From Azolla caroliniana (lineage: Eukaryota; Plantae; Polypodiophyta): 64,000 nucleotides of DNA. Within the stretch, counting starts at the first letter, position 1. Each line of letters starts with the position of its first letter. A model generated the notes under the pieces. That model worked only from the letters and a program-made list of their open reading frames with translations, did not search any database and was not told the origin of the DNA. Below are positions 15,014 to 24,772 of this stretch, piece by piece. The stretch lies in assembly GCA_043228905.1 (NCBI GenBank), contig JBHGNT010000017.1, forward strand, positions 15,934,001 through 15,998,000, given 5' to 3'. Position numbers and translations under genes: made by a program.

Positions 15014-18000
15014 TTACATAGCAATCAATTCATCAACGTCATTTTCTTCATCATCTTGTGTAGAACTCTCTTCGGCTATACGTGCATTGGTTTCCCCTGT
15101 TAGCCGAGCCAACGAAATATCTTCTATAAGCTCATCATCAAGCTCTATTAGCTCCCCCGGTTCGCTGGCTAACGGAGGAATAGGCTCTCGCGAAGCAGGT
15201 TGAAACCTTTCTGTATTAGCGAGGTTCTTTGCACCGACCTCCTCATCCTGGTCTGGGCACTCCCACAAAGCCTTAATCCACATATTAATAAATATAACTT
15301 GGTCCTCGTCTTTCTCCAATGCAACTGTATTTCTAAAAAGCTTCAATGCACATGCAGACGTCGTTCCTGTGATGTAAGTAACAACCAGATTTAGTTGTCA
15401 AGCGAAAAAAAAAGGATTGGTTATCTCAAGATCGTTACCCTAGTTCGAGGAATACCTGTGCCAGAAAAGAGATCTAATATCCAATCTCCTTCGACAGAAA
15501 ACATCTCGATCAAGCGCATCATAAGTCGTTGAGGTTTTTGGTATGGGTTGACAAGTCCCCATTCTGTCGTGGTGACATGTCGCAATTTCCGTGTCACTGC
15601 TGGATATACCAACAGATTTGAACCTCCCACTTCATTAGAATGCTCCTTGATTCTCTGTTTCTTAATTTCATCAAAGTAGCCAACCGTTATGTATTCAATG
15701 GCATTAATGAACCGAAAAGTTTGCCCTCTATTTACATTGGTCTTGATCCTATAAAAAATAATACATCGAGTTAAGAATAGATTGAACAACCTTAAGAAAT
15801 GCAATATAGTGAAAGACACCTATAAATAATCCTTACCATGCAAGGTTCTCGATGCCATGGCAACGAGATCTCAAAGCTTGAGCTACCAAGTACCCTTGGT
15901 CCATACTATGAAAGACAACTATTCGCCACAAGGATGCAGTCGTTAGCTCAGCGAAATCCTTGACCATCTTCTCCAATTGTTTAAACCTAAACGGTTCATC
16001 GTCGTATGATGACCCAGCCATTCGAAATCCGTAAGGAATATCCGCAATCATTAGCGTATATTCCTTCTTTGGCACCTTTTGGATCAAGTCGACGACATCA
16101 CCGCAAACCACATTGTAGTAAAGATCTCTCGTAATATCTTTTTTGTGGCTAAATTTTTTAAAGGAGCCATCTTCCTCCATTTCGTACGCCTTGACTAAGC
16201 GACGACCCTTTTCTTTTCTGGCTCGCTCGAGATGTGCAAGGAAGGATGTAGGGAAATCGTGTATATCCTTAACTTCTCCTTGTTTCTTGCCTCGACACGG
16301 TTTCTAATAGAAGCAATAGGACATCAAGTATTATTATACAAGCTCTACATATGATGAAAGGGTAATGAAAAACCATCAATACTAACCCAATCCTTGAATG
16401 CAATAAAATACTCTGATAACGCCTTATATGAAGACGTTAGAGGATAATCCTCGGTCACTTGTTCCCAAGTTATACATCCAAGTTGTTTCATCATAACTTC
16501 TTGGATCTTCATGTACACCTTATGACTGTAAAATTAGAAATCAAGATTAGAACTTTGAATTACACCAGATAGACTACAATTTCAGTATTTAAAAGACTTA
16601 CTTATTGAACTCAGTGACCATTTCTTCAAGGCTTAAATCTTTCGCCACAACCCTTGACAAAACAGACACAAGAAGCTGCTCGTCCTTAATACCTTGCATC
16701 GCTCTCCACAGAGACAGCTTCATGTCGTCTGCCGCTTCTTCAATTGTCAAGTCAATTTTCTTGGCGGCTTGACATGACTTTAACTCTAGTTGAGGGTCAA
16801 CCTTACATTTCTTTTGTCGTTGACCCTTTACCTCCTTATTCTCCCACATTGAGAAGATTTGATCTTGTAGGTCCCATACTTCTCCATCTCTAAATGCCAA
16901 TTGAAACCAAGACTCATATTTTCGAAGACCATCGGACTTAACATTATCATCTACCACAATGCCGACTTCATGCAGACATTGACGTTGTAGGCCTGGATGT
17001 AACTTCACACCAAACTTTTGTTTCACGTCTAAATACTCGTGGTGGAAGAACCGTATACGCTCAATGGACGACATTTTCTGCCTATAGTCATTATCATTAT
17101 TATGGTCCCATGCCAACAGCTTAGCCTCTTCGGTTGTGAGCCCAACATAAATTTTGCACTCGGCATACTTGAAGAAGAAAGTCGTTGGATGTTCTCTCAC
17201 AAGTTGCCGATGTGCCTCTGCTAAATGTGATCCACCAATGACAAAATAATTATATTGATCATGCTTTCTAATATCAAAATCTTCAATGGTTTCACAATCT
17301 TCAGGATCTACCATAACAATAAAAGGCACCACAGTGGCATGAGGATTAATTTTCATTTTTTTCTTGAGATTTTGAACATGCATGCGGTGTGGCTCTCTAA
17401 TCTCAAGTGGTCGTCGACTTGCTTTTTCATCAATAGGGGGCCGATGGATGTGTGTTATAGGCAAATTAAACACTTGCCCTTTCCTGACCAGTTTACGTTG
17501 CATTAACTCTCTCCTTATCTTATTCTGCTCGGATGACAAAACACCCGATGCCAGCTCAGCTCCTGGCGTCCCCTTATTATCCTCCTCTTCGTTTTCACTT
17601 GTTGAATCGGTGTCCGACATTTTGGTTGTCTTCTTCTTTGGTGGTCTTGACTGGACTTTGGATACCCTTTTTGTGGCCTTCAATGGGGAGGGCACTTCAT
17701 CTCTTAGAGTTACATGGCCTTGTATATAAGGCCTCAAGGTAACAATAAGGTTTTGTGAGCTTTCAAGATCTTTTTTGAACACTTCTGGCCCACAAGATTC
17801 CTTTACTAAAAGGTCTTCTGAAAGGAACACTTTACGTACCCCCTTGGAGCACTCTATCATTACCAGTATGTTGGCCGAATCTGCATCTTCGTAGTCAAAT
17901 CGTAGAATACGGCCATACATAAATGGGGTTTCCTTTCCAAGCTGCCCCTCCCCCTTCTTCTTTGTTGTATACAATACGACTTTTTTCTTTGAATCGACAT

Positions 18001-19331
18001 ATTGCATACACCATTCCTTGTCCATTAGATCACGGTCAGGAAGGTCTTCACCTCCAGTAGTGGCGACAAGTTTCTTTTGGCTAACATCAATATGTGGCTG
18101 AGATTTTGTCTCCTCGTTGAAGAGAAGCTTTTTTCCTCTCTTCATGGTCTCAGGAGCTACCTTGGTTTGGGCTTCGATTGGAGAACCCTGTATGCGAAGC
18201 TTTATTTTCTTCACAGGTCGGTCCGACAGGTTCTCAAACGACCTATTTAAGAAAGTATATGCAAAAACATAAGTTAGGTGGTCACGTAGATTAAGGTTGT
18301 ATATTAAAATATAAATATAAAGATGAAGAACAGTTCTCACTAGTAGGCGATTAGTGGTGAAGTGAAAATATCAATCATGCATTCAGAGTACATGGTAGTT
18401 ATATATTCAAAAATCTATTTTAGGTAGGGCTATTCAAACTAGAAAACATATATCGTAATAAGTAAACAGGGTTATATATTCTTTTAAAGAGTAGGTATGA
18501 CTTATATAGATTCCAAACCTATATTGAGGAGAATTTGCTATCGTAAAGGCAATTTGTGGATCATTTTCTACTATTTTAAGCTATAGTAGGTCATAAAACA
18601 CCTATAATTAAGGCATGTTTTTTTTAAAAGTAAGGCAAGTCAACATAAAAAAGACTGATTTTGACAGACAATTTGATATCTTTTCCACACAATAATTAAT
18701 TGTTACCCCAAAAACACAATTTTTCTCTTTCAGAGCCTTCTTTTAAACAGGAACTCGATACGCCGTATCGAGTTCCCGTTTAAAGTTTGGATTTTAAACA
18801 CGAACTCGATACGGCGTATCGAGTTCCTGTTTAAAGTTTAGGTTTTAAACCGGAACTCGATACGGCGTATCGAGTTCGTGTTTAAAGTGTAGGTTTTAAA
18901 CAGGAACTCGATACGCCGTATCAAGTTCCGTATCGAGTTCATGTTTAAAGTTTGGATTTTAAACGGGAACTCGATACGGCGTATCGAGTTCTTGTTTAAA
19001 GTTTGGGTTTTAAATCGGAACTCGATACGGCGTATTGAGTTCGTGTTTAAAGTTTGGGTTTTAAATCGGAACTCGATATGGCGTATCGAGTTCGTGTTTA
19101 AAGTTTAGGTTTTAAACAGGAACTCGATACGCCGTATCAAGTTCCTGTTTAAAAAGCAAAAAAAAATTCTGAACTCGATACGCCGTATCGAGTTCCTGTA
19201 TAAAGTTTGTATTGTATACAGGAACTCGATACGGCGTATCGAGTTCTTGAGCGTCGAAACATATTTACAAAAATGTCCACAGTGTCAGAGGCCTACTTGG
19301 AGTCCTCGCGCTCGATTCTCTTTGAAGACAT
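15014..19331 (-). CDS. ParB/Srx-like domain plus beta-class N6-adenine/N4-cytosine DNA methyltransferase fusion, 6 exons, 975 aa
   Basis: Exons 19331-19297, 18242-16602, 16525-16387, 16303-15837, 15748-15456, 15366-15014; all introns GT-AG with matching phases and no internal stop. Motifs: VVCGD, LMIADIPY (motif IV, DIPY at 16031-16042), W.K, NPYQKP..L...LI, GDWILDLFSGTGTT.A.ALKL.R...ALE.D (motif I, formed across intron 5); ParB-like YFVIGGSH..EA...L. Confidence 0.9.
18742..19247. repeat. Array of 10 palindromes, core GAACTCGATACG-S-CGTATCGAGTTC, 51-bp period, in intron 1 of the methyltransferase gene
   Basis: Units at ~18745, 18796, 18847, 18898, 18961, 19012, 19063, 19114, 19171 and 19221; most extend to TTTAAAC...GTTTAAA. 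Confidence 0.95.
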
Positions 19332-20183
19332 GGTTGATCGTGTGGCAGTGGAGGCGGAGATTGCGCTTTTGTGCTTTGTGCTTTGTGTGCTTTGTGTGCT
19401 TTGTGTGCTTTGTGTGCTCTGTACGTTCTGTGTGCTCTGTACGCTCTGTACGCTCTGTACGCTCTTGTGAGTGAAATATGACGAGGTCTTCCTATTTATA
19501 GGGATTGACCACATTGGTTAAAGTAACCATAGTCACCTTAACCAAGGTTGGTAAGTTTGAGGATAGTTAGTTGGTAACCACAGTCACATTAACTAGAGTA
19601 ACTTATGATTGCATTAATGATTACAAAGTCAAACTAACATATTGATCAATCTTTTATAGTCATAACAACCTGCAATGACTTCAAAGGTCATGAAGGAGAC
19701 AATGATAGAGGTTCATGAATGTACCAATGATTGATTACTAAAAGCAACAATTTTTATGACTCTCAAATGCTGTGTATTAAAGATGTGGGCATGAATTAAC
19801 CAATGATTGATAAATCTAATATTTAAAATGGTGAGCATTAAAGAACCAATGAGTGAGAGGTTCTATATCAAAATGGGTGCCATTAATTAGCCAATGATTT
19901 TAACATTAATCCAACATATTCATGGCTTGTTAATGATTAGATTTATATTATACTTGATTTAACTTCATATAGATGTAGTTTAAATAATAATTGATATTTT
20001 AAATACAATTACTTTATTAAAAATAATTTTTTTATGTATTGTATTAATAGAATATTACATAATATAGACATTCTATTGATTTGGCTTTTGTTTAGAGAGA
20101 AGTTTATGTTTAGAGAGGAGCTTATTAGTTTTTTTCCTTACCCTAAGCACATAACTTACAGAGCCCTATCTAGACCTTAAGTC
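19332..20183. promoter_or_regulatory. Putative bidirectional promoter between the methyltransferase and transposase genes
   Basis: Minus-strand CCTATAAATAGG TATA box at ~19491-19502; repeated CCAATGA boxes at ~19724, 19801, 19846 and 19891. Confidence 0.6.
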
Positions 20184-22964
20184 ATGAGTGAAGATTCACC
20201 GTTCTCGATTGAAGAATATTGTTTGTCATCAGACTCATCGTTTTCTACTGAAGAGTATTGCTTGTCGACAGAGTCACCATATTCGATTGAAGAATATTGT
20301 TTGTCGACAGACTCACCATATTCTATCGAAGAATATTGTCTGAGCTCATCTACAGGGAATGTAAATAATGACACATGTGAAGAGTTCTCTATTGAAGAAT
20401 ACGATATTAATAAAGATACGGAGAATGAAGGTAGTGCCCAGGAAACATTGAATAACATTGGCGATGGTCACAACAGAGAATTAGATTGTAACAAGGTTAC
20501 ACCAACCTCTATGCAAGAAGAGAAATCTGGGAGCCCTATGCATATTAGAAGAATCCCACGAAGAATTCGTCTGGCTAGATTTAGCTTGGTGACATCAGAT
20601 AAACAGATTGGATTTGATGTCAAAAAAATATGTTGTGCCCGTGGTTGTATGTCTATGATTGGAAAATCAAAGTTGCGAGAATTAAGGCGATACTATTTTT
20701 CGATGACCGGTGATGAGCAAGACACTTACCTCGGGTCACATATGCAACTAGTATCTGACAAATGTACGGGGATCAAAGTATCATTCGAGTATTATATCTT
20801 CCATGCGCAACAGATATGTAGAGTTGCATTCAAAATTGCGTTATGTGTTAGTAACATGCGGCTACATAGAGTACAACAACGTCTACTTAGCGGGGATTAG
20901 ATGCTCAATTGTAAAGAGGTTCCAAGTATGAAAGGTGCAATTGGAAGACATGCTATTGGTTGGATGAAAACTTACTTTCAGTTAAATTGTGAAGTAATGC
21001 CCACTACAGGTAGGATGCACCTTTATGATAATTATACACGTCGGGAAGTTTATGATGTCTATCGATCTGATATGCTGGGCTCACGTAATAAGTCTATCAC
21101 CTATAGCCAATTCACAAGATTATGGAGAGCTCGGTTTTCAAATGTTATTATTCCTCGTAAAGTACGTATGGGGTATTGCTCCATTTGTGCAAATCTTAAA
21201 AGTTTGGCTAAAGGTGCAAAGACATCAATGGAAAATGATACGAGTAAGAAGTTACTACAAGAGCATCGTGAGGCACAATCCTTAGAACGAAAGAAGGCGA
21301 TGCATCATAGAGAGAAGTGTTTGAAGAGGCCTGAACAATACATGTGCTTAATGATAGATGGCATGGACCAGAAGAAGACATGCTTGCCGCATATGCGGAG
21401 GCTCCCCAAAGATGTCAATGATGAGTGCCTTGTTCAAATGCACTTGGTGGGATGCTTGGCTTATAATAGGTCTGTTCGACCTCACGCCTTCATTACTTAC
21501 CCCAATGTTCACAATGACCCTAACCTAACAGTTACAGTGATTCACCGAGTTTTGATGTCTTGGGGCCAACCTTTCCCCCCTGTTCTATACATTCAATTGG
21601 ACAATACTGCTAGAGAGAACAAAAATTCAACTGTATTTGGCTATCTAAGTATGTTGGTCAACCTAGAATTGTTTAGGAAAGTGAAAGTCAATTTCCTTTT
21701 GGTTGGCCACACACATGACCATATAGATCAGATGTTTAGCACATTCTCCAGACAGTTGTCTCGGCATGATGCTTTCACTTTACCTAAACTATTTGATGTC
21801 ATTTGTGATGCATATACACCACGCCCAAAAGTGTTACACTTGAAGGAGGTATATGACTTTAAGAGATATATATTAAATGGGGGTGGTGGGAATGTTAAAG
21901 TGCTTGCTCAGTTAAACAATATAAGTTTCAATCACATTTTTATGATAAAGAAAAATGGAATAAGTGGTTCTACACTTTTGTATGGTAAACAATATTCATC
22001 TTCTACAACATGGGAACCTGAAGGTGGTTGCCAGTTATTACTTTGTATGCCGAGTACAATTGTCCATGGAGCTAAGCAAATGCCAATTGAGAAGAAAGGA
22101 CAGTTGCAGAGCGACTTGGTATTAGAACAAAAATGGTCATGGCTTCAAGCCTTAGAAGAAAAAAGAAAGCATATTGAGGCTGCCAAGAAATATGCCGCAC
22201 AACAAGACACGTCATGGTGGGATGTATTTTATAGTGATCAGAAAGAAATTATAGACAATTGTGTATCTATTGATAATTGGAATTTGGAAACGCCATTCAC
22301 ATGGTCGCTGAAACATGATCGCGTAAATAGAACTTCGGAGCAACTAGTAAATGCGATTAATGACAACTTAGTCCATCCACAACAAAGAGACATTTATGTG
22401 GGACCAAGGATGACCAAAGCAGCCGAAGCTAGATGGCAAGGCAATTTGCAAGAGCTCACCGCGGGGATGTTGATTGCAACGCCGGCTGATGAGAACTCAC
22501 ATGGCCACCAATTTTGGGTTGGTAAAATTCTAGAAGTGCTAATGCATGAAATAGAAAACACAATCAAGTCTATAAATGTTCATTGGTACAACACTAGAAG
22601 TGCAAATGCTTTTACAGGTCAGTATACATTGGAGATGATTGAATGCCCAACAAGAAGGGAAGGTAGGAAGAGGAAGCGAAACATTCGTAACACCTCAACC
22701 CTTGATATCTCTGATGTGGATATCATCGTGTACGACTTCACACTTACAAAAGCCGGACGATTAAGGAAGTCAACAATAGATATAATAAAAGAAAAATTAC
22801 TAGGTCTACAAGGTGGCTTGAGTCAAAGGCAAACGAGATCTGCTACATATAATCTAGAGTCAAACCATTTGGTTTATGACGAAGATAATGCACTGATTGG
22901 TACATCCGAGGATGATGAGGAGGATTCGTCATTGTATATTAGTTATAGTAGTGATTCTCCGTAA
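20184..22964 (+). CDS. Sola-like DDD transposase, about 926 codons, with one in-frame TAG at 20898-20900
   Basis: ORFs 20184-20900 and 20901-22964 are in the same frame. CSIC...H motif, then IDGMDQ, LYIQLDN..RENKN and FLLVGHTHDHIDQMFS (candidate catalytic D-D-D); lies between TIRs. Confidence 0.85.
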
Positions 22965-23293
22965 AGGAGTGATCATGAATGTATATTTGGCTATTAAGTG
23001 TAACTACATTCCGCTTGTAACAAATCGAGTAATATAAAAGCATGTGTTTTGAATTCTTATAATTTCTAAAAAATCGTTTCTTATAAAATAACATTGGTTG
23101 TAAAGTTTGTGATATAAATTGAGAATGTATCTTTTTGAAACTCGTCTTTTTTTAGTTACTTCTAAATCACGAAAATAGTGGATTTTAAACCTTTTTCATA
23201 GTATGTTTGAACATGTATGATACTGGTATCAATGTGTTTTGTAAAATCATTGAAAAAACCCTAAAATTTCCCTTATCCTTCCATTTATGCGCG

Positions 23294-23322
23294 ATCCTTC
23301 CACTTGTGAACGCGAACGTGTT
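23294..23322 (-). repeat. Right TIR
   Basis: ATCCTTCCACTTGTGAACGCGAACGTGTT followed by TSD ATTG. Confidence 0.96.
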
Positions 23323-23999
23323 ATTGTACACTTTTACATGTAAATTCTCATACATGAGAGCTAAAATGAGTGACATGGTTATCATGCACCACATGTAATA
23401 CATAAGCGCCAAATGGCAAACATGCATTTTATGCATGTCTTGTACCCTCACATGCATCATATGCATGAGAGCATCTATAAAAGAAGGAAGGGGGAGGAGA
23501 AAAAACACGTTTTTTGGGGGGTTGTGAAATTAAGAAGAAGAAATTCGTTATCAAATTGATCGTGTAACTTGTTTCTTAAATCCAAAGATAAAAGTTCAAT
23601 CAATCTCTCTCAATCGTGTGATCTCAACTTCTCTCTTTCCCAATCTATCTTAAGTACTTTCTCGCTAAAGCTTGCGCCAAAGCTTGTACCGACTTTGAAC
23701 CCTTCCGGTCCACTGTTCTGTACTCCCCCTCAAGCTTGGCTGGTCGGGAAGAGATAAGACAAGGTTCGACGTGAACTGTCGTAGCTTGTCGATACCAAGG
23801 GCTTTCATGAAAATGTCAGCAACCTAGAGGTGTGTACTGATATGTTGTAAATCGATATGTCTGAAATGTACGCGTTCACGAATAAAATGATAGTGTACTT
23901 CGATGTGCTTAGTCCGCGCGTGGAATACGGGGTTCCACGCCAGGTAGATACTGCTCATGTTGTCGCAGTATAGACGAATTGGATCTTTGATGAGTATGC

Positions 24000-24772
24000 T
24001 GATAGGGTGTTTAAGACAAAGGGTAATCTTACACTATATGAGGGCTTTACCAAACCGGTTAGATGGAGTTGTGACTCATAATATATTATATAGATCAAGA
24101 GAGACTCAAGAAATTAAGAAAAAAAGATTGAGAAGATGAGAAAGAGATAAGATTGTTATGGTATGCCAACATCAAGACAATACAAAGGAGATAAACTCCA
24201 CATTCAACTAAGAAACCAAAGACCTTCTTACTACCAATCACTCAAAAACCACAATTTAGACCCTTCCTCTTTCACTAAGATATCTCTTCCTAAGACTCCC
24301 TCTCCTGTATTAGGATTCTCTCCCTATTCTAAGACCCCTCCACACTTAGGACTCCTCATACACTCTTAGCATCCCTCTTCTATGACTATCACTTCCTCTT
24401 TTATAATTTTCTTCTTCTTCCTCGTTCACGCTATTTTTAGAAGCTTTTTATCTCCTATTTTTAGCTAAGATCCAACGACCTTCTAATCGTCATATCTCCC
24501 TCCTCAGAGCTCCGAATTTAGTGATTTAAAACGTTATAGATAGCTCTCTTTACAAGATTTCTAACCCATATTTAAACATAATATTTGGGTGAAAAACGAA
24601 GGAGTTATGCCTATTCCTTTTTTACTGTTTTTTATGGTCCGCTTTTTCTCTTTTTACTTTTCTCTTGGTCTCTTACTTTTACTTTTGACTTCTTCCTAAG
24701 GTCTTGGTTCGTGTTCTTAGACTCCAAATGTGAATTATCCATACTTTATATTCTTCTAAAAACACTTTCATA
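24000..24772 (-). mobile_element. Solo LTR of family C inserted in copia-1 RNase H
   Basis: Reverse complement of 6903-7657; exact 5-bp TSD TATGC (23995-23999, 24773-24777). Confidence 0.93.

Larger units (their letters stand above)
13968..23322. mobile_element. Cut-and-paste DNA transposon (Sola-like), 9,355 bp, carrying a ParB-like/DNA methyltransferase gene
   Basis: Perfect 29-bp TIRs AACACGTTCGCGTTCACAAGTGGAAGGAT; TSD ATTG (13964-13967, 23323-23326); empty site visible in the LTR copy at ~41447; two divergent genes inside. Superfamily is inferred from motifs and TSD length. Confidence 0.93.
13221..23712 (-). repeat. Family B solo LTR, inverted and split by the DNA transposon (13221-13967 and 23323-23712)
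   Basis: The two halves are the reverse complement of the intact copy at 41023-42168 and rejoin at the duplicated ATTG; about 50 bp of one end is missing. Confidence 0.92.

Noticed and set aside
16598-18340. Stand-alone 580-aa protein as listed in the ORF track
   Set aside because: Its first ~33 codons are intron sequence and its stop lies in the GTAAGT donor; it is exon 2 of the 975-aa gene.
18742-19247. CRISPR array
   Set aside because: Linkers are only ~8 bp and nearly identical, not unique spacers; no cas genes; eukaryotic intron context.
15014-19331. Bacterial or phage contamination
   Set aside because: Five phase-consistent GT-AG introns, a TATA box, and TSD-verified insertion into a plant LTR.
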